DNA from: Thermoplasmatota archaeon
GTDB lineage: Archaea; Thermoplasmatota; Thermoplasmata; UBA10834
Reading direction: 5' to 3'
NCBI GenBank assembly: GCA_040751795.1
Contig: JBFMHR010000001.1
Coordinates: 256,001-320,000, forward strand
Length of the DNA: 64,000 nucleotides
Part shown: piece after piece, positions 47,861-56,839 of the stretch
How positions within the stretch are numbered: position 1 is the first letter of the stretch
Layout of the letters: every line of letters begins with the position of its first letter
Made by a program: the position numbers and the translations under genes
The notes under the pieces: generated by a model
What the model saw: the letters and a program-made list of their open reading frames with translations, nothing else
The model's database searches: none
Told to the model about the DNA's origin: nothing

Positions 47861-49615
47861 CTAGTCTTCCAGGGTGGAGACGTCGCCTATCGGGAGGCCG
47901 AGCTCTCTGGCCCTGAGCAGCCTCCTCATGATCTTGCCGCTCCTGGTCTTGGGGAGCGTCTTGACGACCTCGATCTCCCTCGGGTACGCGTGCCCTGCGA
48001 GCTTGCTCTTGACGTGCTTCTGTATGTCCGCCTTGAGGGCGTCGCTCTCCGTGTAGCCAGGGGTCAGGACGATGAACGCCTTGATGATGTTCCCCCTGAG
48101 CTGGTCGGGCTTGCCTATGACGCCCGCCTCGGCGACCGCCTCGTGCTCGATGAGGGCGCTCTCGACCTCGAAGGGGCCGACGCGCTCGCCCGCGGTCTTG
48201 ATGACGTCGTCGGCGCGGCCGACGTACCAGAAGTACCCGTCCCTGTCGATCTGGGCGGTGTCACCGGTGTAGTACCAGCCGTTGCGCATGTACTCGTTGT
48301 ACTTCGCCGGGTTCTTCCAGATCTGCCTCATCATGGACGGCCATCCGGGCCTGATCACCAGGTTGCCCTCCTCACCCTGCTCCAGGACGTTCCCGGCCTC
48401 GTCGACGATCGCGGCCTCGACGCCCGGCAGGGGCTTCCCCATCGAGCCCGGCTTGATGGGCATCTCGGGGAAGTTGGTGATCAATATGCTGCCCGTCTCC
48501 GTCTGCCACCAGGTGTCGTGGAAGGGCTTGTTGTCGAAGACGTCCAGCGCCCACTTGACGCCCTCGGGGTTCAGCGGCTCGCCCACGGAGTAGAGCGCCC
48601 TGAGGCTCTCCAGCTTGTACTTCTTCGGCAGGTCGTCACCCTTCGCCATCAGCATCCTGACGGCCGTCGGGGCGGTGTACCAGATGGTGATCTTGTGATC
48701 CTGGATGGTCTTGTACCACCTCTCCGGGTCGAACCTCCCGCCGAGGCCCACCTGCGTGACGCCGTTCGACCACGGGCCGAGGACGCCGTAGACGACGCCC
48801 GTGACCCAGCCGAGGTCGGCCGTGCACCAGTAGACGTCGTCGCTGTGGATGTCGAGGACCCAGTTGGCCGAGAGGTGGGCCTGCACTATGCCCTTGTGGG
48901 CGTGCACCACCCCCTTCGGCTTGCCGGTCGAGCCGGAGGTGTAGAGGAGGTACATGAACTCCTCGGGGTCCATCGGGACCGTGTCGAACTTGTCGGAGGC
49001 CGCGGCCATCTCCTTCTCCCAGCTCAGCTCGCCGGGGGCGACATCCTTGCCGACTATGATCGTGTGCTTGAGCTCTGGTAGCTGGTTCTTGACCTCGTAG
49101 TACCGCTTCTTGAGGTCGCTGTCAGTCACGAGGCAGACCGCGCCGCTGTCCAGGAGCCTGTCCCTGATGGCGTCCGGGCCGAACGCGGGGAACATCGGGC
49201 TCGAGATGGCGCCGCACTTGATGGCCCCGAGGAAGCCGGCGTAGAGCTCCGGGGACCTCTGCAGGAAGAAGAAGACCCTGTCCTGCCTCTTGACGCCCAG
49301 CTTCTTCAGCACGTTCGCGAACTTGTTCGTCTGCTCGTAGAGCTCCTTGAAAGTGACCTTCTGAACGTTGCCCTCGCCGTCGTCGTAGATGAGCGCGACC
49401 TTGTTGGCCCCCGGTCCCTTCGCGTGCCTGTCCACCACATTGTAGGCGGCGTTGATCTTGCCACCAGGGAACCATTCGACCATCTTGTCGGCGTCGGACC
49501 ACTTGAAGGTCTTCCTCAGCTCGTCGTACCCCTGGAGGTTGGGCTTCAGCCTCAGCTTCGCAGGGTCCTTCTTGATGATTCCACCGCTAATCAGTTCTGT
49601 GCTCTTCTCTGCCAT
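47861..49615 (-). CDS. acsA: AMP-forming acetyl-CoA synthetase
   Basis: YTSGSTGKPKG, WCTADLGWVTG, DTWWQTETG, LPKTRSGKIMRR. Confidence 0.9.
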   Translation of the reverse strand: MAEKSTELISGGIIKKDPAKLRLKPNLQGYDELRKTFKWSDADKMVEWFPGGKINAAYNVVDRHAKGPGANKVALIYDDGEGNVQKVTFKELYEQTNKFANVLKKLGVKRQDRVFFFLQRSPELYAGFLGAIKCGAISSPMFPAFGPDAIRDRLLDSGAVCLVTDSDLKKRYYEVKNQLPELKHTIIVGKDVAPGELSWEKEMAAASDKFDTVPMDPEEFMYLLYTSGSTGKPKGVVHAHKGIVQAHLSANWVLDIHSDDVYWCTADLGWVTGVVYGVLGPWSNGVTQVGLGGRFDPERWYKTIQDHKITIWYTAPTAVRMLMAKGDDLPKKYKLESLRALYSVGEPLNPEGVKWALDVFDNKPFHDTWWQTETGSILITNFPEMPIKPGSMGKPLPGVEAAIVDEAGNVLEQGEEGNLVIRPGWPSMMRQIWKNPAKYNEYMRNGWYYTGDTAQIDRDGYFWYVGRADDVIKTAGERVGPFEVESALIEHEAVAEAGVIGKPDQLRGNIIKAFIVLTPGYTESDALKADIQKHVKSKLAGHAYPREIEVVKTLPKTRSGKIMRRLLRARELGLPIGDVSTLED

Positions 49616-49818
49616 CTCTTCACATCCAGTGTCGGCCCGACCCGTTCCTGGGACATCTCACGGGCCTTTCTCGCGACTTGGGCTGCCTCGTGCCTATGAC
49701 TGCATGCGCGACGCTGATGCCCGTAGATCGCGCATCCGTCGATGCGGCCGCGCGCGCGCTTCACCGAAGCCCGCGCGCTGGCCGACGAGGCTCATCCCGG
49801 CGACGGCATTTGTGCTTC

Positions 49819-49835
49819 CCTTATAAGGTTTTTCG
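49819..49835 (-). promoter_or_regulatory. BRE/TATA promoter of acsA
   Basis: Minus strand CGAAAAACCTTATAAGG ~205 nt upstream of ATG. Confidence 0.6.
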
Positions 49836-49897
49836 ATGCGACAACGGCGATTTCACACACTCTCATATTTGCCTAATCGCGCACCGTCCGATGCCGA

Positions 49898-49914
49898 CTG
49901 ACGATATTCGTCAG
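49898..49914. promoter_or_regulatory. Palindromic operator candidate
   Basis: CTGACGA-TAT-TCGTCAG perfect inverted repeat. Confidence 0.5.
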
Positions 49915-50022
49915 AATACGACGAAAAGCGAATCGAAACGGGCATCGGCCCCGGCCTGCGGGCACCTTGTCGTCCGCGGGCCAACGCAAACCGGAGCCGC
50001 CGGCGGTTTGTGTACCCTGGCC

Positions 50023-50913
50023 TCAGCCCTTCCAGCCGTGGTGGATCTTCGCGGCCTTGACCGTGTTCTTCATCAGCATCGTTATGGTCATCGGGCCGAC
50101 GCCGCCGGGGACCGGGGTTATCGCCTTGGCCTTCTCCTTGACGGACTCGAAGTCGACGTCTCCCACGAGGCGGCAGCCGCCCTTCGCGCTCGGGTCGTTG
50201 ATCCTGTTGACGCCCACGTCTATGACGACGACTCCCTCCCTCACCATGTCCGCCTTCACGAAGTTGGGCACGCCCATCGCCGCGATGAGGATGTCCGCCT
50301 GCCTCGAGAACTTGGGCAGGTCCTGCGTGCGCGAGTGGCATATGGTCACGGTCGCGTCGGCCCCCGCCGCCTTCTGGAGCAGTATGTTGGTGATGGGCTT
50401 GCCGACGATGTTGCTCCTGCCCAGGACGACGACGTGCTTGCCCTTGGGGTCGTTGCCGCTCCTCACGAGGAGCTCCTGTATCCCCGCCGGGGTGCATGGC
50501 AGATAGGACTCCGCCCCGACGACCATCCGTCCCACGTTCATCGGGTGGAAGCCGTCGACGTCCTTGCCGGGGTCGATCCTGAGCAGCACCTTCTCCTCGC
50601 TGATGTGCTTCGGGAGCGGGAGCTGGACGAGTATGCCGTCGAACCTCTTGTCCGCGTTGTACTTGTCTATCATCGAGAGGAGCTCCGCCTCCTTGGTGTC
50701 GGCCGGGAGGCGTATCGTCTCGGAGTGCAGCCCGAGCTCCTGGCACGCCTCGCCCTTCTTGCGGACGTACACCTGCGACGCGGGGTCCTCCCCGACTATG
50801 ATCACTACCAGGCCCGGCGTCACGCCGCCGGCCTTCATCCTGGAGACCTCCTCCTTGAGCTCGGCCCGGATGCTCTTCGCCACCTCGTTCCCGCTGATGA
50901 CCTGCGCAGACAT
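50023..50913 (-). CDS. folD: Methylene-THF dehydrogenase/methenyl-THF cyclohydrolase
   Basis: YVRKK, ILVQLPLP, KDVDG, PCTP, GRSNIVGKP, PGGVGPMT. Confidence 0.96.
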   Translation of the reverse strand: MSAQVISGNEVAKSIRAELKEEVSRMKAGGVTPGLVVIIVGEDPASQVYVRKKGEACQELGLHSETIRLPADTKEAELLSMIDKYNADKRFDGILVQLPLPKHISEEKVLLRIDPGKDVDGFHPMNVGRMVVGAESYLPCTPAGIQELLVRSGNDPKGKHVVVLGRSNIVGKPITNILLQKAAGADATVTICHSRTQDLPKFSRQADILIAAMGVPNFVKADMVREGVVVIDVGVNRINDPSAKGGCRLVGDVDFESVKEKAKAITPVPGGVGPMTITMLMKNTVKAAKIHHGWKG

Positions 50914-51061
50914 TCCCAACGCCTCCTGAGACGGGATGCACGCGATTTACTTAAGGTTTCGCGGGCCGGGGACGCGGTCCGGCCTGGCGCGTCGGCGGCG
51001 CATCGGATTTCCGAAAGGCTTTATTACGCAGTCATTATACCCCCTTAAAAGGGGGCTCAAA

Positions 51062-52780
51062 ATGGCGATGAAGCCAGACATAGAGATTGCTCAGGAGGCG
51101 AAGGTACAGCATATCGAGAAGATCGCGGAGAAGGTAGGTCTCTCCCGCGACGACCTTGAATTCTACGGGAAGTACAAGGCCAAGGTCCCCCTCGAGGTGC
51201 TCAAGAAGTTCGACAAGAACAAGGATGGCAAGCTGATACTCGTCACTGCCATCACCGCCACGAAGGCGGGGGAGGGCAAAACCGTCACGTCCATCGGCCT
51301 GTGCCAGGGCATGGGCAAGCTGGGGAAGAAGGTCATGCTGTCCCTCAGGGAGCCGTCCCTGGGCCCGACCTTCGGGATCAAGGGCGGCGCGACCGGCGGA
51401 GGATACTCCCAGGTATACCCCATGTGGGACATCGACCTGCACTTCACCGGCGACATACACGCGGTCGGCACGGCGCACAACCTGCTGAGCGCGCTCGTCG
51501 AGAACCATGTCGCGAAGAAGAACCCGCTCAACATCGACCCGACCAAGATCGTCCTGGGCAAGGTCATGGACATGAACGCCAGGGAGCTGCGGCAGATCGT
51601 CGTCGGCCTCGGCGGAAGGTCCGAGGGCGGGGTCCCGCACGAGAGCAGGTTCGACATCACCGTCGCCAGCGAGATCATGGCCATCCTCGCGCTGGCCAAG
51701 GACCTCAAGGACCTCAGGGAGAGGCTCGGCAAGGTCGTCGTCGCGTACACCTACGACAACAAGCCGGTCTACGCGAGCCAGCTCAACGGCGTCGGCGCGA
51801 TGTGCCTCCTGCTCAAGGACGCCATCATGCCCAACCTCGTCCAGACGCTCGAGGGGCAGCCCGCGCTCATCCACGGCGCACCCTTCGCGAACATAGCCCA
51901 CGGGAACAGCTCGATCATCGCGACGAAGTACGCGCTGAAGATGGCCGACTACGTCATCACCGAGGGCGGCTTCGCGGCCGACCTGGGCGCCGAGAAGTTC
52001 TACGACATCGTCTGCAGGACCGGCGGCTTCAAGCCCGACTGCACCGTGCTCGTCGCGTCCATCAGGGCGCTCAAGATGCACGGGGGCATGACCGAGGAGG
52101 AGCTGAACGCGATCCTGAAGAAGCACGTCCCGACCAAGGAGGAGGAGAAGAAGCACCTCCAGTACCTGGAGAAGGGCTTCGCCAACCTCGACAAGCACAT
52201 CGAGAACATGAAGAAGTTCGGCGTGCCGACCGTGGTCGCCATCAACAGGTTCCCGACCGACACGGACGAGGAGCTCAAGCTGACGGCCGAGCACTGCAAG
52301 AAGGTCGGCGCCAGGTTCGCCAAGTCCGAGGTCTTCGCCAAGGGCGGCGAGGGCGGCGTCGAGCTGGGCAAGGCCGTGCTGGACTGCCTCGAGAAGGAGA
52401 AGGCCAACTTCAAGGTGCTCTACGAGGTCGACCTGCCCATCAAGAAGAAGATCGAGATCCTCGCCAAGGAGATATACGGCGCGGACGGCGTCGTCTACAC
52501 CGGCACCGCACCCGCGGACATCGCTGCAATCGAGAAGGCCGGGAACGACAAGCAGCCGCTCTGCATGGCCAAGACCCAGCACTCGCTGACGGACGACCCC
52601 GCGAAGAAGGGGGCCCCGAAGGGCTGGGTCCTGACGGTGAGGGAGGTCAGGCTGAGCAACGGGGCCGGCTTCATCGTGCCCCTGACGGGCAAGATGATGA
52701 CCATCCCGGGGCTGCCGACCGTGCCCGCGGCCGAGAGGATCAACATCGACGACAAGGGCTACATCACCGGCCTGAACTGA
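51062..52780 (+). CDS. fhs: Formate-tetrahydrofolate ligase
   Basis: YGKYKAK, GEGKT, GIKGGATGGGYSQ, HFTGDIHA, PFANIAHG, CMAKTQ. Confidence 0.96.
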   Translation: MAMKPDIEIAQEAKVQHIEKIAEKVGLSRDDLEFYGKYKAKVPLEVLKKFDKNKDGKLILVTAITATKAGEGKTVTSIGLCQGMGKLGKKVMLSLREPSLGPTFGIKGGATGGGYSQVYPMWDIDLHFTGDIHAVGTAHNLLSALVENHVAKKNPLNIDPTKIVLGKVMDMNARELRQIVVGLGGRSEGGVPHESRFDITVASEIMAILALAKDLKDLRERLGKVVVAYTYDNKPVYASQLNGVGAMCLLLKDAIMPNLVQTLEGQPALIHGAPFANIAHGNSSIIATKYALKMADYVITEGGFAADLGAEKFYDIVCRTGGFKPDCTVLVASIRALKMHGGMTEEELNAILKKHVPTKEEEKKHLQYLEKGFANLDKHIENMKKFGVPTVVAINRFPTDTDEELKLTAEHCKKVGARFAKSEVFAKGGEGGVELGKAVLDCLEKEKANFKVLYEVDLPIKKKIEILAKEIYGADGVVYTGTAPADIAAIEKAGNDKQPLCMAKTQHSLTDDPAKKGAPKGWVLTVREVRLSNGAGFIVPLTGKMMTIPGLPTVPAAERINIDDKGYITGLN

Positions 52781-52793
52781 TCAGTCCAGGCGA

Positions 52794-52830
52794 TGGGGGC
52801 GGCGGTGCCGCCCCCGCCCGAAACCCTTTG
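52794..52830 (+). terminator. Hairpin + AAACCCTTT downstream of fhs
   Basis: GGGGCGGC-GGT-GCCGCCCC stem followed by GAAACCCTTT. Confidence 0.45.
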
Positions 52831-52906
52831 ACCGTATCACCCAGTGGCGGCCTCTTTCCGTCCGCTGGACCATGCCCTTCAGGCACAACCGGAAGGAGGG
52901 GGAAGC

Positions 52907-54145
52907 GTGACCAACGAAGTCCTCGTGATTGGAGGGGGGCCCGCCGGCCTCACGGCGGCGAAGGCCCTCGTTGACAGGGGAGCGAACGTCGTGCTCGTCG
53001 AAGGCTCCGAGTCGCTCGGCGGGATGGCCAGGGAGCTGACGTGCAAGGGCCTCGCCGAGTGCAGGGACTGCGGCGCGTGCTTCGCCATCGACAGGGCGGC
53101 CGAGGTGCTCAGGGAGCCGTCCGTCGAGGTGCTGCTCCTCTCCGAGGTCACGTCCGTGAAGGGCGGGGCCGGCTCCTACGAGGCCAGGATCAAGGTCTCC
53201 CCCAGGTACGTGACCGACGACTGCATCGGATGCGGCAGGTGCGTGGAGGCGTGCCCGGCCGAGGGCAAGGCTATATTCCCGCCCAAGGGCACCGGCCAGC
53301 CCAGGCTCCACTGGATCGACAGGCAGAGGTGCCTCCACTTCAGGAAGGGCGGGTGCGAGAAGTGCGCCGAGGTATGCCCGACGAAGGCCATCGACTTCGA
53401 CGACAGGGCGACGAACGTCACCAGGAAGGCGGGGTCCGTCGTCTACGCCACGGGGATGGAGCCCGTGGACGCCTGCGAGGTGAGGAGGCTCGGCTGCGGC
53501 ACCCTCCAGGACGTGGTGTCGAGCGTCGACGCCGAGAGGATGCTCAACGAGAGGGGGAGGCTGCACCGCCCCTCGGACGGCGCCGCCCCGAAGAAGGTGG
53601 CGGTGATGCAGTGCGTCGGCTCCAGGTCCGTGAAGAACGGCGTCGACTACTGCTCCAAGTTCTGCTGCAAGTACGCAACGAAGATCTCCCAGCTCATCAT
53701 GGACGCAGACCCGGAGGTCGCCCTGGACTTCTACTTCATGGACCTGAGGACGCTCTACGAGCCCCAGGACGACTTCAAGAGGTGGGCCAAGGACCGGAAG
53801 ACGGTCCGGCTCATCAGGAGCATGCCCGCGGTGGTGCAGCCAGGGAAGGACGGGAAGCTCGTGGTCAAGGCCGCGACCGAGACGGACACCGAGGTCCAGG
53901 AGAACGAGTACGACATGGTCCTCCTGTCCGTGGGGATGAGGCCCAAGGGGGCCTCGGACGAGCTCGCCAAGGCGCTGGGAATATCCACCGACGAGAGGGG
54001 GTTCGCCGAGGCCGGCCCCGGGCTGGCGGAGAAGGGTGTCCACGTCATCGGCGCCGTCTCGGCGCCCATGGACATAGAGGAGGCCGCGGTCAGGGCTCTG
54101 GCCGAGGCTTCCAGGGTGAGGCTCACGAAGGAGGTGGCGCGATGA
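52907..54145 (+). CDS. hdrA: HdrA-like flavoprotein 3 (FAD domain + inserted ferredoxin)
   Basis: IGGGPAG, CIGCGRCVEACP, CEKCAEVCP, MQCVGSR, CSKFCCKYATK. Confidence 0.85.
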   Translation: MTNEVLVIGGGPAGLTAAKALVDRGANVVLVEGSESLGGMARELTCKGLAECRDCGACFAIDRAAEVLREPSVEVLLLSEVTSVKGGAGSYEARIKVSPRYVTDDCIGCGRCVEACPAEGKAIFPPKGTGQPRLHWIDRQRCLHFRKGGCEKCAEVCPTKAIDFDDRATNVTRKAGSVVYATGMEPVDACEVRRLGCGTLQDVVSSVDAERMLNERGRLHRPSDGAAPKKVAVMQCVGSRSVKNGVDYCSKFCCKYATKISQLIMDADPEVALDFYFMDLRTLYEPQDDFKRWAKDRKTVRLIRSMPAVVQPGKDGKLVVKAATETDTEVQENEYDMVLLSVGMRPKGASDELAKALGISTDERGFAEAGPGLAEKGVHVIGAVSAPMDIEEAAVRALAEASRVRLTKEVAR

Positions 54146-55719
54146 AGGCCAGGATACAGGTCGTCGCCTGCAGGTGCTGCACCGAGATGCCGCCCCTGCT
54201 GGACATGTCGAGGCTCATGGGCGTCGCCTCGGAGAGGGAGCTGGTCGTGTCGTCCCTCCTGGTCGACCGCGTCTGCGACGGGAAGAGCATCAAGCAGGTG
54301 GTCGCGGAGGCGAAGGAGCGCGAGGTGGACAGGGCCATGATCCTCGCGTGCCAGAGGAAGGACGTGAACCCGGCGCTCCTGTCCGCGTACGTGAAGACGG
54401 GCGTCAACGAGTTCCTGGTCGAGTACGTGGACCTGAGGGACGAGGTCGTCCTGCCGCACCTGGGCGACGCGAAGAGGGCCCAGGCCAAGGCAGAGGCCAA
54501 GGTCCGCGCCGGGCTCGACAGGCTCACGATGCTCGCTCCCCTGGAGAAGGCCCGCGAGGAGATGAGGACGGCGAACGTCGTCGTCCTCGGCGGGGGCGCG
54601 TCGGGGCGCAGGGCGGCCGAGGTCGCGGCCGCGCAGGGCGCGCACACGGTCATAATAGAGAAGGGGGTCAAGGACTACAAGGCCCCGGGCGTCATCATGC
54701 CACACTCCACTCTGGCGGGAGCTAAGGGGTACGGGGGCAACTTCGTCCTCACCGTCAAGGCCGGCGAGAAGCTCGAGGAGCTGGAGTGCGCGGCGGTCGT
54801 CGTCGCCACCGGCGGAGGGTGGGCCGAGCTGAAGGGCCCCCTCGCCAAGGCGTGCAAGTCCGCGGTGCCGCTCTACAGGCTCCACGAGCAGATGGCCGCG
54901 GGCGGGGTGCCCAAGGGCCCGGTCGTCATAGTCGACACGCCGGACCCGGCGGGGAAGGGCCTCGCCGTGATGGACTTCGCGTGGGACGAGAGCCTCGAGC
55001 TCGCCTCCGAGGTCAAGAGGAGGGCGCCCCAGGAGGAGGTCTATGTCATATTCCAGGAGATGCGCGCGTTCGGCCTCTCAGAGCTCGCGTACAAGGACGC
55101 GGCCGAGCTGGGCGTCAGGTTCGTGAGGTACGACAGGTCGGGCGGGCCCAAGATAGATCCCAAGGAGCCGAGCAAGCTCACGGTCAAGGACCTCTCACAG
55201 GGAGAGGTCCTGTCCATACCGTTCGGCTCGCTCGCCTTCGCCGCGATCCCCGCCAACAGGGACAACGAGGGCATCGCGGACGCGCTGAGGATACCGATGT
55301 CCCCCGAGGGAGGCGTGAGGAGGGGGAGCATCCAGAGGTGGCCGGTGAGCACCCCCAGGCCGGGGGTGTTCGTCTGCGGCTCGGCGATGTTCCCGAAGTC
55401 GAGGGAGATGGCCGAGGCGGAGGGCGAGGCGGCTGGCCTCATGGCCGGCAGGTTCGCCATGCAGGGCGCGATAGAGTACGGGGGCGCCGTCGCCGAGGTC
55501 GCGCAGGAGAAGTGCTCCGCGTGCCTCACATGCGTCAGGACCTGCCCGTACGAGGCGCCCTACATCGGTGCGGCGGGCAAGATCGAGATCCGCGCCCAGG
55601 CGTGCCAGGGCTGCGGGATGTGCGTGGGCATCTGCCCCAGCAAGGCGCTGGAGCTCCGCGGGTCCACGGACGACCAGATCGCGCAGGAGACGCGGACCAT
55701 GCTCGGGGGTGACTTCTGA
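54142..55719 (+). CDS. Degenerate HdrA-like protein 4 with C-terminal 2x 4Fe-4S
   Basis: VVACRCC N-terminal domain, GGGASG, PGVFVCG, CSACLTCVRTCP, CQGCGMCVGICP; central CVGSR/CC motifs absent. Confidence 0.8.
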   Translation: MKARIQVVACRCCTEMPPLLDMSRLMGVASERELVVSSLLVDRVCDGKSIKQVVAEAKEREVDRAMILACQRKDVNPALLSAYVKTGVNEFLVEYVDLRDEVVLPHLGDAKRAQAKAEAKVRAGLDRLTMLAPLEKAREEMRTANVVVLGGGASGRRAAEVAAAQGAHTVIIEKGVKDYKAPGVIMPHSTLAGAKGYGGNFVLTVKAGEKLEELECAAVVVATGGGWAELKGPLAKACKSAVPLYRLHEQMAAGGVPKGPVVIVDTPDPAGKGLAVMDFAWDESLELASEVKRRAPQEEVYVIFQEMRAFGLSELAYKDAAELGVRFVRYDRSGGPKIDPKEPSKLTVKDLSQGEVLSIPFGSLAFAAIPANRDNEGIADALRIPMSPEGGVRRGSIQRWPVSTPRPGVFVCGSAMFPKSREMAEAEGEAAGLMAGRFAMQGAIEYGGAVAEVAQEKCSACLTCVRTCPYEAPYIGAAGKIEIRAQACQGCGMCVGICPSKALELRGSTDDQIAQETRTMLGGDF

Positions 55720-56138
55720 TGTCCGAGAGGAGGCCGAAGGTCGTCGGGTTCTGCTGCGAGAGGCACGGGCTGGACGCGGCCGTGCTCGCCGCGAGGTCCG
55801 GCAAGGGCTGCGACGCCGGCGTGAGGATCATCAAGGTGCCGTGCAGCGGCAGGGTCGACGGGCTGCACATACTGCAGGCTCTCGAGGACGGCGCGGACGC
55901 AGTGTTCGTCCTGGGCTGCCTCGAGAAGAACTGCCACTACGACACCGGCTCGATCGAGGGGAGGAAGCGCGTCGAGTACGTGAAGTCCACACTCGAGGGG
56001 CTGGGCATCGAAAAGGAGAGGGTCGAGATGTTCAACGCCTCCTCCACGATGGCCTGGCGGTTCCCGGAGATCGTGTCCAGGATGGTCGAGGTCGCCAAGC
56101 GCCTCGGCCCGATAGGCAAGGGGGGCGGTGACCGATGA
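55719..56138 (+). CDS. mvhD: MvhD/FlpD [2Fe-2S] subunit (divergent)
   Basis: GFCCERH, KVPCSGRV, GCLEKNCHY..GS. Confidence 0.85.
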   Translation: MSERRPKVVGFCCERHGLDAAVLAARSGKGCDAGVRIIKVPCSGRVDGLHILQALEDGADAVFVLGCLEKNCHYDTGSIEGRKRVEYVKSTLEGLGIEKERVEMFNASSTMAWRFPEIVSRMVEVAKRLGPIGKGGGDR

Positions 56139-56839
56139 TAGTCGCGAAGAGGAAGCCGATGGCGGAGATAGCCGAGATGGTCGCCCCGTACAAGAGGGTC
56201 AAGGTCATAGGCTGCAGGAGCTGCGTCGCGATATGCCTCGCCGGGGGCGAGAAGGAGGTCAAGGCGCTCGCGTCCGCCCTCAGGCTCAAGGCCAGGAAGG
56301 AGGGCAGGAGGCAGGAGTTCGAGGGCCTCGTCGTCGAGAGGCAGTGCGAGAAGGAGTGGGTCAAGGAGGTCGAGGACAAGGTGATGGACTCCGACCTCGT
56401 CCTCTCGATGGCCTGCTCGCTCGGCGCCCAGACCATCGGCGACATGTACCCCAAGAAGCTCGTCTTCCCCGCCCTGAACACCGGCATATTCGGGGTCCCC
56501 GAGGAGCAGGGCGTCTGGTCGGAGAAGTGCGTCGGCTGCGGCAACTGCGTCATACACACCACCGGCGGCATCTGCCCGATAGCCAGGTGCGCCAAGAGCA
56601 TGCTCAACGGGCCGTGCGGCGGCTCCTCGAACGGCAAGTGCGAGGTCAACCTCGAGGTCGACTGCGCGTGGTACGCGATACACGAGAGGCTGAAGCTGCA
56701 GAACAGGCTGGAGCTGATCGAGCAGGTCTCGCCCCCGAAGGACTGGTCCACCAGCCACTCGGGCGGGAGGAGGGTCTACGTCCGCGAGGACGCTAGGCTG
56801 ACGCAGCACCAGAAGAAGGGCAGGGAGGCGGTGAGATGA
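56135..56839 (+). CDS. metV: Methylene-THF reductase small subunit MetV
   Basis: GCRSCVAICLAGG, RQCE, CVGCGNC, GICPIARCAKSMLNGPCGG, CAW. Confidence 0.9.
   Translation: MIVAKRKPMAEIAEMVAPYKRVKVIGCRSCVAICLAGGEKEVKALASALRLKARKEGRRQEFEGLVVERQCEKEWVKEVEDKVMDSDLVLSMACSLGAQTIGDMYPKKLVFPALNTGIFGVPEEQGVWSEKCVGCGNCVIHTTGGICPIARCAKSMLNGPCGGSSNGKCEVNLEVDCAWYAIHERLKLQNRLELIEQVSPPKDWSTSHSGGRRVYVREDARLTQHQKKGREAVR

Noticed and set aside
9878-47863. Genome-wide TAG reassignment
   Set aside because: TAG ends several genes at natural C-termini (GTPase, METTL5, nob1, prenyl synthase, hdrD-like, acsA)
40088-55719. Programmed frameshift fusing each HdrA pair, suggested by long overlapping track ORFs
   Set aside because: Each second gene has its own SD-like site and ATG overlapping the upstream stop; the upstream extensions are shadow sequence
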